DNA of 64,000 nt from Azolla caroliniana (Eukaryota > Plantae > Polypodiophyta), in the NCBI GenBank assembly GCA_043228905.1, contig JBHGNT010000003.1:1798001-1862000 (forward strand), in the 5' to 3' direction. The position numbers and the translations under genes are program-made. The notes beneath the pieces are model-generated. The model saw nothing but the letters and a program-made list of their open reading frames with translations. It was not told the origin of the DNA and made no database searches. This document shows positions 24,569 through 37,353 of the stretch, in pieces. Position 1 is the stretch's first letter, and every line of letters starts with the position of its first letter.

Positions 24569-27249
24569 TCAGCCCCGTCCGTAAAGAATATCAGGAGCTT
24601 GCAAATCTTTATAAAATGGGAGTTCGATTCGCTCCCTAACTATACATTTAGGAAAATACTCGTCATCCTCCTCATCAACCTTATAGGCACTTTGTTCCAA
24701 GATATGCGTGTGATGATGAGATCCATATGATGTCATTCTAGGCACTCTAAAGCCAGTAGTTTTCTTCTTCTTCTCATCTGGATCCATTAATGAAAGAAGA
24801 ACAATTGTACTCAACAAGATCAGGACAACCTTAGAGGATGGCCAGGTAATATGCCCAGTGATTCGGCCTATCACTTGGCCAACAAAAGTCACTGTATTTT
24901 TTACTGATTTCACAGCAAATTCAAGTGCACGCAAATGTTTCGATGACCTTTTTGATGCATTGGATGTGGCAAGGGTAGCTTGCACAAGGCCACTATTTGA
25001 ATCCTTATCATTATGTCTATTTAGAAAAGACATTATCTCACTTCCATCCTCCTCTTGTCCTTCTTCTATATAAAGACCAAATGCTTCTTGATTCCTGTGT
25101 AGATGCTGCTCGTCAATATTACCTTGCTCATTACTGTTATCTATGTCATCAATATTATCTTGATTAATCTGTTCTTGGATAGGTCTGCTGATGTGTTGAG
25201 AATCATAAACGTCATCAACATCATTTACGATCTGATAACTACTAGGCACTATTAGTTCTTCGCTCTCGGTTACTTTACCCCCAGCAAATGCGAAGGCTTC
25301 ATGAATAATTTCTATTTCTCTGCCTCTGTAATCTTTCAGTTGCTTTAAAAACTTTCTCCTGCTTTCCTCTATCTCAGCAAGGCTAGTATCCCTTTCAGCC
25401 CGCTGCTGTTGTTGTAGAACCTGTATTATAAATCAATATAATCTAAATGAAGAACTATTTCCAAGGTTAATAGTATGATATTATAGTTGAAGATAAGGCA
25501 GAGAGACTGAATTTCTATAAGACCGATCCTCGGGTGAGGCATGATGAAATGCACAAAAGCCTGATAAGATCCTTGGGTAAATTGTCTTGCACCTCAAACA
25601 ACAGCACACATTCTACTTTCACGAAACAGAAGAAAGCAAAAAGAAAGGAGAAAACATGCAGATTTTTATATGAACGCCAAGCACTTCAGAATGACAGCAA
25701 AAGCTTAACAAGGTCTTCATTTAGATTGTGAGATCACCTCAAACAATAGTAGATATTCTACCTCTCTACATAAAAATAGGAAAGATAAAAGAAGATCAAA
25801 ACCAGCAAATCCTCATGTAAACAGCAATAGACATGGTCATATGTGCAGAAACACTGCATTGTGCAGGACTGAATCTCATGTACAAGGCAGCAGATCCCTA
25901 ATGCATAATTTTTCATTGCATGGAACTGATCATTCTCGTGTAAATAAGACAATTCAATGAATCCTTGTGTAAACAAGGTCTTCATTTAGATTGTGAGATC
26001 ACCTCCAACAATAGTAGCTATTCTACCTCTCTACATAAAAATAGGAAAGATAAAAGAAGATCAAAACCAGCAAATCCTCATGTAAACAGCAATAGACATG
26101 GTCATATGTGCAGAAACACTGCATTGTGCAGGACTGAATCTCATGTACAAGGCAGCAGAGCCCTAATGCATAATTTTTCATTGCATGGAACTGATCATTC
26201 TCGTGTAAATAAGACAATTCAATGAATCCTTGTGTAAAGAATGCAATCCAATGGATTCTTGAGTAAATCTTCTCAATCAACAGCACACATTCTACACCTT
26301 CTACAAACAAAAGAAAGGTCCACGTTTTTCCCTTGCATAGAACTGATCATTCTCATGTAAAGAAGACGATCCAATGGATCCTCATGTAAATTTTCTCAAA
26401 CAACAGAAGACATTCTATACCTTTCACAACCAAATGAAAGGAAAAATAACTATAAAAAAGTAATGTAAAAAGATTCAAAGAATTGCTTCTCATGTAAAAA
26501 CAAACGGAGAAAAAATAACCTTCACGAAATCTCGTGTAATTCCTCAACACAACAGAAGAGATACCTTGACACATTGAGAAACAGAAGAAAGTAGGAAACC
26601 TTCCTATCCTCACCAAACAACAGCCGACATGGTGATACTGTACGTGCAGAAATACTGCATTTTGTGCATGGGATTAGATTCTGATGTAAAAGGCACTATG
26701 AAGAAACCTTATGAAGTTCGTCGTACAACTTCTCTCAGAGCAAGAATCAACGTAGTAAACATTTTAATTTCTGATACCTTGTCGAAAAAGAAGAAAGTAC
26801 AGAAAAGAGGAGGAAAAGAACCTGCAGGTTCCTGGTGTAAATGTTAGGTATTCAAACACAGATATATACAAACAACAGGAGAAACGGTGATATATAAATA
26901 GCATCAGACATCCTACATTCTAATACCTTCAAGAAACAGAGTAAAATTTGAGGGGAAAAACCTGCAGGGATTCGAGCTGTTGTTCGAGAACGTGGAGAGC
27001 GTCTCGTACAGAAACCAAGCTCTCTAATTCTGAAGTTCCAGTACGATAACCATTCTGAATGCGGCTTTCGGGAGAAGGAATTGAAGAAGAAGAAGAAGTG
27101 GAATGAAAAGTAAACGAAGAGGGAGAGGAGATTGAAGAAGGGGAATGAGAGGGGAGAGAAGAACGAGAGACGAGAGCTATGGCGTCTGCGAGCTTCAAAT
27201 GGAGCTCTGAAGCTCTGGACAGAACCACGGAGATTTCCTCGGGCTCCAT
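24569..27249 (-). CDS. PDV2: Plastid division protein PDV2-like (379 aa, 2 exons)
   Basis: Exon 1 27249-26962 (MEPEEISVVLSRASELHLKLADAI..VRDALHVLEQQLESLQ|gt). Exon 2 25420-24569 (VLQQQQRAERDTSLAEIEESRRKFLKQLKDYRGREIEIIHEAFAFAG). Single TM segment VVLILLSTIVLLSL and C-terminus CIVRERIELPF..DILYGRG with the conserved terminal Gly, as in Arabidopsis PDV2. Confidence 0.92.
25707..26240. repeat. Tandem duplication, 2 x ~265 bp, in the PDV2 intron with degenerate flanking copies
   Basis: aacaaggtcttcatttagattgtgagatcacctc at ~25708 and ~25972 with near-identical units. Related motifs extend from ~25560 to ~26720. Confidence 0.88.
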
Positions 27250-27494
27250 AGCCAGGAGGAAAAGCCAGGCTCGTTCAGAAGAAGGAGAAGAAGAAGAGAA
27301 AGGAACAGGATGCCGATGCTGTCGATGGCATCACCATCGCCACACGATAGGCTTCCATTGCACATAGCTCAATCAATCATCAGAGCCATCACCATCGCCA
27401 CATGATAGGCTTCCATTGGACATAGCTCGCTCGCTCGCATATCCATTCGATCCTTTCGCAGAGTGTATCTGCAGCCCAATCAATAGAGCCACGG

Positions 27495-27930
27495 ATGAAT
27501 CATTTGTCCGCCCGCCCATCGCATCAGAGAAGCCTTTTGTCGAACCATTCGTCCGCCTGCCCATTGCATCGGATGAGCCTTTTGTCAAATCATTTGTTCA
27601 CCTACCCCATTGCAGGAGAGAAGACTTTTGTCAAATCGTTCGTTTGCCTGCCCATTGCAACGGAGAAGCCCTTTGTCCAATCATTTGTCTGCCTGCCCAT
27701 TGCACCGGAGAAGCCTTTTGTCGAATCATTTGTCTGCATGTCCATTGCATCGGAGAAGACCTTTGTCGAATCATTCGTCTGCCTACCCATTGCATCGGAG
27801 AAGCCTTTTGTCGAATTGTTCGTCCGCCTGCCCATTGCAGTAGAGAAGCCTTTTGTCAAATCATTGGTCCACCTGTGACGTGCCCATTGCTTTAGAGAAG
27901 AATTTTGTCGAATCATTGGTCTGCATGTCT
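27495..27930. repeat. 45-bp minisatellite, ~9-10 copies, upstream of PDV2
   Basis: Consensus gcccattgcatcggagaagccttttgtcgaatcattcgtccgcct with period 45 (27514 to 27559). No unique spacers. Confidence 0.92.
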
Positions 27931-28424
27931 GTCCTTAGTCTATCGGTTGCTCCGTGTGGTGTTGTGCCCCATGAACCCCTTTGCTCGTGACACCCCCACC
28001 ATTGAGAATATGTGGGCTCATCCAATATGAAGCCTTTGATCTTCACCCAGAGAAACCCAGTGTTCATTTGACAATCATCTATTTCTAAGTTGATGGGGTG
28101 TTGTCATCTCTGTGTAGATATTGCACAATGCCTCCTTCGTGGGCGTAAGGAAAAAAAACCCATACAGTTATGCCTACATTCTCTTTAAATGACATATTGC
28201 CTTTTGCACTTTGTATTTGCCTAAACATTGCATTGCATCTTCACCGATGAGCATTTCAAATCATATTTCTTCGACTTCCAATCTAGCTCTCAAATCATTG
28301 ACTAACCTTTGTCACTGTGTCATTTATCCACACTCCCCATCTCAATCAATAAATGGTTATCTCCTGCATCTTCTATGGCCTACACAAATATGTAAATTGC
28401 TCACTCTCTAACTCTTTTTATTGT

Positions 28425-29225
28425 AATTAGCTTGCCCAACAGTAAGTTGTTGACTACTAGTACTAGATCTTGGGATAAAAAGCAGCTATCATAATTAGCA
28501 TACATTGGTGGAGACTACTACCACTACAACTTGGGTTCAATACCAATTTTGGTCACCTCTCTACTACTTCATAATACATATATGTCTTATGATTCACTAG
28601 GTGCCACTCACTAGGTGCCACCATGGAATACAACGATTGAACCTATTTATCGTAAATAGCTTTGCCTACTGGTACATTGTTAGACTACTAGAACCCCAAC
28701 CTGAGTTTGAAACCCAAATTTGTCACCTCTCTCAATTGATTCCTCTTTGACCTCTTTTTATTTATTTATTATAATTAGATTGGCCTAGTGGTACATTGTT
28801 AGATTACTAGCACCCCAACTTGGGTTCGAGACCTAAATTTCTTACCTCTTTATTATTCCATAGTATATACATGTCTTTTGATTCACTAGATGTCATTGGA
28901 GACTATATGGCTGAACCTACAACCATCTTAACCATCTTATTCTTATTATAATTAGCTTACCCTAATCGTAAGTTGTTAGACTGTAGCACTATATATTGGG
29001 TCTTTGACCTCTTTAGTACTTTGTACATATATCTTAATTCACTAAATGCCATTGTGGAATGTCAAATCCACGGCTCTCTTTCTTTTTGTCATAACTAGCT
29101 TACCCTAGAGGTAAGTTGCTAGACTACCAGTACTACATCTCGAGTTTCAAACCCAATATGGCCATCTCTCTATTACTACATACATATCTCTTAATTCACT
29201 AGATGCCATTGTGGAATGTCGGGGT
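28425..29225. repeat. Degenerate tandem repeats (~120-190 bp)
   Basis: Recurring ataattagc..gtacattgttagactactag..caacttgggtt..acctct and attcactag(a/g)tgcca motifs. Confidence 0.65.
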
Positions 29226-30273
29226 TAAACCCATGACCTTCCAATCTCCATTGGGCAACCATCTTCCAATATAACACTCAATTTATCGACAAACCATGGT
29301 CATTGTGTCATTTATCCACATTGCCCATCTCAATTAATAACGGGTTACCATTTGCATCTCACATGGCCTACCAAGACATGCACGACACAAATATGTATCT
29401 CTCTCTCTCTCTCTCTCTCTATCCCAAATTTAAGCGAAGCTAAAAAGACGAATAAACATATTCACATAGGCGATGAGGCAATGCTTAACATCAAAATGAA
29501 GATATATAAATCTTCTCCCTCTATCTTCTAGTTGCAAAGTGAAAATGTTGAAACTTGACACCATAATGAGAATGTGATCATGTACATGGATGGATCACAT
29601 GAGGTCAAAAGGGATATTTTGACTCATATCACTTATGTCCAAGATCTCTTTGATTTTGTTAATGATAACTATTGGCCTTCACATAATGACAAAACAAATG
29701 CATTTGTTCCCAATCCCACTTAGTTTGCAATCAACCAAAGTAACTTGCTTTTTAATCTTCTAATATGTCATCGAGCCCCGAATTGCATTCACATGCCGCG
29801 CCAATTATGCAATCATCCTCAATGCATGGAGAACTCACGAAAGTGCAACAAAAGAAAGGCATTCATCTAAGGCTCTACTTACACAAATACCCATCGGAAC
29901 ATGGGTTTCAAAACCCAAACCAGAGAAGCCCAAAATTGCGATTGTTGTTTACATAGTATCTATGTATGTATGTATATTGTCCAAACAAGCATAGATATGT
30001 TGCACTTGATACAATGAGAAATAAACACATTTCACTAGCAATATTCGTCTTTTCACAAGGTAAGGCATACATATTATAGGGGTAAAATGTCCCTTGCCCC
30101 TAGCCTCTAGGGCGTATATAGTGTCCGGCCGCCCGAAAAATGCCTTAATTAACTCCTTTCTTTAAGGAAGAACGATGGGGGCCAAAAAACACAGGAATTT
30201 TATGATCGGTTCTCTAATTCCCCATTCTCTTTAAGGAAAGGTTTTGTGCGTGATCTTCTGACACCGTTTAGCC

Positions 30274-33200
30274 ATGGCATATCTCCGAATGATCGGTACG
30301 TTCCTTCTGCGCAGAAATAGAATGCATATGCCATTTCTATTTTTCATCATCTCCTCTTTGCTATTTTTCTCATGTATGTTTTCCTTTTCGTTGCCCTCGG
30401 AGCTCACCTTCCAGCTACTCTACTTCTGCAGATATCGGAGCTAACCTCACAGGTGACCTACGATTGCATCTTCATTCTCCTGTTTGTTTCTCATACCATA
30501 AGAAGAGGAAAAGAAAGAAAAAGAAATAAAAGAAATAAAAAAAGAGAGAAGAAGTAAGAAAGGATAAAAGAAAGAAGAAGCAAAATGGGAATAGGAAGAA
30601 TAAACAAAAAAGAAAAAGAATGGAGAATATAAAGACGACAAGAAAGGAGAAAGGGAAGAAGAATTAAACAAAGGAACACTAATGAAGTTTTTTTTTACAT
30701 TTTTTCAGATGGTATGTTCAAAGGGATTTACCATGGTAAACAATACCATGCTATGGATTTGAAATCGGTGCTGGAAAGAGCTTGGGATGCTGGGGTAGAT
30801 CGTATCATTGTAAGCCTTCTCTTTAGGCGTAACTTTAAAAATCTCGAAGATATTTTGCACATGATTGGTAACTAAGATTATCAATTTTCAGGATATTTCG
30901 TGCATAGTCAAAGAAATTCTAGTCCGACTAAGCTTCAAAAAGTTTAAGGATATCTTGCACATAACAGTTAACTTTTTAATTAGATTAAGTTTTAAAATTT
31001 TCTAGAAGTTTTCCACATAATTGTATGCATCCTAATTACAACAAGTTTTGAAAGATTATTTCAAAATGTTTAGCACATAACTGGAAGTTACATTAAACTT
31101 TACGTTTTGAGAATTTTAGGACTTTTCATAGTGCATGGAGTAGATCATACCTTTGTAAGCAGTTTTAGATTAAGCTTGAAATTTTCAAGATATTTAGCAG
31201 TTTCATGGTGTCTAGATCCTGTTTGGACTTTTCATGGTGGCTTGAGTAGATTGTAAGTACTCATAAACATGTACTTTAAGTTTTTTAGATATTTAGAACT
31301 GGTGTAGGCTGTTGTTGACATGCTTTGGTAGCAAAATTTGTGATAAATGTTGTGCTTGTAGGTCACTGGTGGTTCTCTGGAAGAGTCAAGGCAGGCTTTG
31401 TCTCTTGCTGAGACAGATGGTATGTACATTCGATTTCTGTATCTTTTTCTTTACTTGTGACCTATGTTAACGAAATGTTTGTTGAATAATCAGCTAGAGT
31501 TTCTGTTCATGCATGAAAAATCTGAAATTTTGAAAAATTACCAACATTACAAGAATTCAATTGAACAAAATATATTTTCTACAACTATTTTTGTTCCTGT
31601 TGTAAATATTTCCAATGGGAAAGCTCCAAAATCTGACAAGAGTCAACAATTATATCTCATCCATTGTCATAGAGTCATCACCTAGGTTGAAATTGAATAC
31701 TGATTGCAATTATAATTTTGTCTGTGAAACCAAATAAGGGTTTTGGTTTCTTGAATACTGATTGCAACATTCTGTTGAATATCAATACATGCAGGGCGTC
31801 TTTATTGTACAGTTGGAGTGCATCCAACCCGTTGCTCAGTTTGTCTTCTATATATTTCTTTTTCCCTAGAAGTGCTTTCTCATGTATTCGCCATGTTTTG
31901 TTCATTTAATTATCCTAATACTCAGGAATTCGAATCAAGTGGAGACCCTGACAAGTATCTGGAAAAGCTTTTGTCACTTGCCAAAGAAGGACTAGCAAAA
32001 GGCAAGGTAAAAGCGTATATTTGCAGCGCTCATTATATATGTGTGTTTGCGTGTTCTAGCACAATCAAAAGTTTGGAAATTTGTCTCATCTTGCTATAGC
32101 GCACACACACACACAACATTGAAAGTATGTGATAAATCGAAGAAAAATGATATGCATTTTACATGTGTTGAAGTAAGTGATTTTGATAGATTTTCTCTAA
32201 TTGAGGTTGCTCCTTTGTCATTATATGTGTACATATTCTGTTAAAAGATGTTTAGGGCAGTGTAGATCTCGTTGCTAATTGTAATTAGTATTGGCATAAG
32301 AGTTCTCGGTTCCTCTTAATTTGTGCCACTTGTTCTGTGATAAATGTGGCAACCTTAGGCGCCTCTTATTTTTGTGGCATATATTCTACAATAAAGTTGG
32401 CATTTATAGGTGCCTTTATTTTGTAACATCTATTGTGCCAAATCCACGACAGGGCCCACTCCCATGAAAGGGGTCGGAATCCACGAAAGGGCAAATGAAA
32501 AAGGCTCAGTCCTACGAAGAGGAGCTGAATCCACGTAAGGGGGCCCACTTCCACTGGAAGGACCCGAATCCACAAAAGTGCCCAATCTCACAAGAGGGAG
32601 CTGATTACACAAAGGGGTGGAATTTGTGTTAAGGGAACCGATTCCACAAAAGAAGCCTGAACCAGTTAACAGCCTAAGCCATGGATGGGCGCACCAAATC
32701 CACCAAAGGGAAACCAAGACATGAAAGAAGGCTCTAACACACGAAAGCTTTCCCAAAGGAGTGGTTGGGAGACGCTATTGTGAACATCTCTCTCTTGATA
32801 TCTCCTAGATATCTCTTAGCACTCCATCAGACCCTATGTACATGTGTGCAATGCCGTTGTGGTTGAGACTTCCATGGAACCTCATTCACACAATTTGGTG
32901 CATCTTTTTCTAATAGGTTTACACATCCTTGAGAGGTAGAGTGTGATTTGTATTCTAACATTACGTTAATTGAATCCAGACCTGTCTCCTCATCTTAACA
33001 TCGCCTTGATATCTCTTAGCACTCCAACAAACCCTATGTACATGTGTGCGTTGGTGTGGTTGAGAAACTTCCATGCAACCTCATTCACACAATTTGGTGC
33101 ATCTTTTTCTAACAGGTCTACACATCCTTAGATATAGAGTGTGATTTTTATTCTAACCTTAGATTAAGTGAATCTAGACTTTGTCTCCTCACCTTGATAT

Positions 33201-36200
33201 CTCATTGATATCTCTTAGCACTCCATCAGACCTATGGACATGTGTGCAATGGTGTGGTGGTTGAGACTTCCATGGAACCTCATTCATGCAATTTGGTGCA
33301 CCTTTCTCTAATAGGTTTACACATCCTTAGAGGTAGAGTGTTATTTGTATTCGAACCTTACGTTAATTGAATCCAGACCTGTTTCCCCATCTTGATATCA
33401 CCTGGATATCTCTTAGCACTCCAATAGACCCTATGTACATGTGTGCGTTGTAGTGGTTGAGAGACTTCCATGGTACCTCATTCACGCCATTTGGTGCATC
33501 TTTTTCTAACAGGCTTACACATCCTTAGATGTAGAGTGTGATTTTTATTCTAACCTTACGTTAAGTGAATCTAGACTTGTCTCCTCATCTTGATATCCCA
33601 TTGATATCTCTTAGCACTCCATCGGACCCTATGTACATGTGGTTGAGAAACTTCCATGCAACCTCATTCACACAATTTGGTGCATCTTTTTTGGGGGAGA
33701 TTATTAGTGTGCTTTTTGGAGAAAAGCTTTAAATAAAATACTGATGGGACAACCAAGTCATAGCTCCACTCAGCTTGTAGATGGCAATCTCGTGCACGGA
33801 TCCGATCTGGTGTACAATATATTCTTTAGAAGCTGTACAATTCTGAAAATGAGAAATCCAACAAATAATATCAAACTCATTGGCACATTTGTTGATAGAG
33901 ATGCTTTCTATCGACAACACTTGGTTTGGGCCACAAGTTGTACGATGGAAATGGGTAAGGTTACAAAGAAGGTTAATGAGCTCCGCATATTGAAAAAAGA
34001 GAGCAAAATGTAATGAAACGTATGTACATGGAAGATGTTCAAGATCGCATGGATCAAGCTATTCTTGACACTCTGAAGAGAGCAAGGGTTATAAAGGTAA
34101 AACTTGAACTTGACAGGGCCAATGTTATTAGCCGTAAATCCTTGGGTGTGGACTTGGATCCGCTAATGATCAATCACCTGTGTTAGTAAGAGATAGTTGT
34201 AGAAAACTTTAGTTGATCTTATGAATGACTTCCAAGTGCTAAGAAAAAAATGCCATTTGACTATAAAAAAAAAAAGAAGGCATTTGATTTTAGTTGATAC
34301 TTACAAATTGAATGGGGTTGGAATCTACCACTCACATATCTCTTGACTTTGCATGTACCATTCTGTAACGGTCCCTCCAATGCAAGTGTCAATTTCATTG
34401 TCCCCGAGTAAGACATGCACAAGATTTGTAATATACCTGTCTATTCTTCCTCTCAAGGTTGTGTACTTGAGACATTGGCAATGCCACTAGACAATATTGC
34501 TAGTTTCAACATGTCCATTGTTGAATAATCTACAAAACTCGGGCCAAGGCGTCTCTTATAGGGGAAATTGGCCAGATGGACGTTGCTTTCATAGGAATTT
34601 GAGTTTGACATCTACCATTGACCAAGTGTACGTATGCCGTAGCTGACTATCTTGGTAGGCTAGAATCAAGTGAACTAGGAGTCGGAGTAAAGGACTATTT
34701 TCTCGATGGCCAGTAGTTCACTTGTTATGAGCATTACCATATACCGTCAGATCACCAAGGCCAACTTTCGTCCTTGCGCGATTGGTGGGTCTTGCATCCC
34801 GTGGTAACATTGTACTGTAGTATGCTATACACGTGGATAAAGTGTGAGGGTTAAACGAAAGTGTAAAAAAGGGAAGGATTACTTTAATCTTTGGGATTGA
34901 GACAACCCATTAAGGCGTGAACTTTGCTCGGAGACCTTAGGTTTGGCAGAACACGGATCGGATTGACAAGACATCCCATGCCGGAGTGAAGGGGGAGATT
35001 GTTGGGAAATCGGTCCCTTCTGATTGAATACAGATGAGAACCGGACGATCTGGATTGGACGAGTCGAAAGAAGAAACCAGTCCGGATGGGATTCGGAAAC
35101 TGGATCGGATCCAGAAGGTATCCGGATGGATCCGGTGTGAACCGGATACATGGACAGATTTGTAAATATGTTTCTCTTGTGCTTGTCAAGGCCATATTTG
35201 TAAAAAGTCCTAAGATTTATAAATATGTTTCTCTTGTGCTTGTCAAGGCCATATTTGTAAATAGTCCTAAAGTGATATAAGTATAAATATGAATTAGGGC
35301 AATCACTTGTGTGTGGTTATCATTGTATACGAGTTAGTTGTTGTTGCATCAGTGTGTACAGAGAGAGTGAGAGAGATACATAAAGTTTTTTTGTTGTAAC
35401 CGCCGGTTGGCGAAGGTAGAGCTCGAGGTCGTTGCCTTTGAGTCGTGATTCTGTTCGGAGTCTGTGGGCTCCCCTGGGTTTTCCCGATTAGGGTTTTCCA
35501 CATTAATATTCTGTCCCTTTTTTACCTGTTTCTTCCTTGTTTCTTCCATTGTGTGATTGCGACTCGGTTGTGGCCGAGCACTATTCCTATCAAATTCTAA
35601 CAAAAAATGTTGATAAGATTGAACATTACCATTTTTAATCATTGTAAACAATGATCTCACACTTAATAAAATATGGGGACACATTCAATCGTAATGGTTC
35701 TTACTATGAGGAATCTCTTCCTCAGCAAAATATCGAAGGTGGAAGTTGTCCTTGCTCAAGGTTTTTTGAAAATGATGAGCTTAAAACCAATATCTCTTAA
35801 GATTCAGAACTCATTAGAAGCAATAGCTATGAATATATGTGCATGTATCATGCATTCCTTCCAAACTAAAAATAATTGTTATATCACTTATCTATTCTTC
35901 CAAGCTTTCTCTCTAGTGCACATAGCTCAAAGTTTCTTGTTGCTCACAAGTACCCTTTGTGCACCACCAAGGAGTGATGGGGGTAGATTTTGTCGTAGTA
36001 CTTGCTTTAGGTGGCTACTGAGCTGGTAGAGGTGGCACCCCCTTACCCTAGATTGGTGCAATGCACACTCTCTTTATCTTGTTCACTCTCCTTATTCTAA
36101 TCTCCTTTTTTCTACATGTAAGAGGTGGTTAAGATCTTCTTCGGCTATAGTTAAAGGAGTTATGTAGGTCTTTATTTAGTTTGGCTACAAGTTTGAAGAC

Positions 36201-37305
36201 TTCAAATAAACCTTGAGAGGTATATTTCTTCTCAACACAGTCATTGGTGCAACGGTGCCACCTTTTTTCTAACTAGAAGATAGCTTTATTGTGGCCACAA
36301 TGTTATCTAGCTTTAGGGGATTGGGAGTTGATTCTAATATTCAGATGCCTGATCCATTGTGGCTAGACCGAAGCTACCTTTTAATTTGAAAAAAGGTGCC
36401 ACCATAGCTCCATTGACTATATTAAGAGGAGGCATACCTCGAAAGGTCCGTTTGAAGTCTCCACACGCTTAGCCATATTAAACGAACACCTTCTAACTCC
36501 TTCAACTCAAGTCGAGAAAGATCTCAACCACCTCTTCCCTAAAGCTTAGTGGGTGGTCAGTGTGAAGAAGAAGAGAGATCAAAATGAAGGAGTGAACAAG
36601 ATGATGAGAGTGAGCACTGCACCGAACTAGGGTAAGGTGGTGCCACCTCTACTAGTTCAGCAACCACCTAAAGAAAGTAATGCCGCAAAATCATCTACCC
36701 CCATCACACTCATTGGTGGTGCACAAAGGGTACTTGTGAGAAACAAATGTAACTTGCTTCGGAGGTAGAAGCCTATTAAAACACGGATGGTAATGTGAGA
36801 AGGCTGTTAGACAGCAATAGAAAAAATGGTTGCAAAGAGTAGAGACACATCCAAAGAATATAACTTGTTTTTAAGTAGCAAAATAGAAAATAAGCTTATT
36901 ACAAGAGAGGCTGGTATAAACCTATTTATACAAAATTAGGAATGGTTGTTTGGTAGTTAAGAGACTCTTGTACACCCAAACAAGTACAATAAACTAGGAA
37001 TAAAAAGGGAATATCTTGGAAAAAGTGGAAGAGACAAAAGGAGAAAAGAACCATTGAAAATGTAATAACTTATAAGAATATTATGATGTATGATGTAAAT
37101 AAATTATAATGTACGATGTAAGAATATAACCCATGTGAACAGCTCTTAGTTTAATGCATTGATTTAGTAGAAATCTATTATAATGTATGATGTAAATCAA
37201 TTATAATGTTCCCTGGCCTTTATGATGTATGAACCCAAGAGAAAGAAAGAAAGAAAGAAAGATATATTAACGTCTTTTAAGAGGCCAAAATGGCCTATAA
37301 GACCG

Positions 37306-37353
<48 letters not shown>

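Noticed and set aside
27495-27930. CRISPR-like array
   Set aside because: The units are contiguous with no unique spacers, there are no cas genes, and the context is eukaryotic.
30447-30679. Phe/Ser-rich hydrophobic ORFs
   Set aside because: They derive from a low-complexity A/G tract in TatD intron 2.
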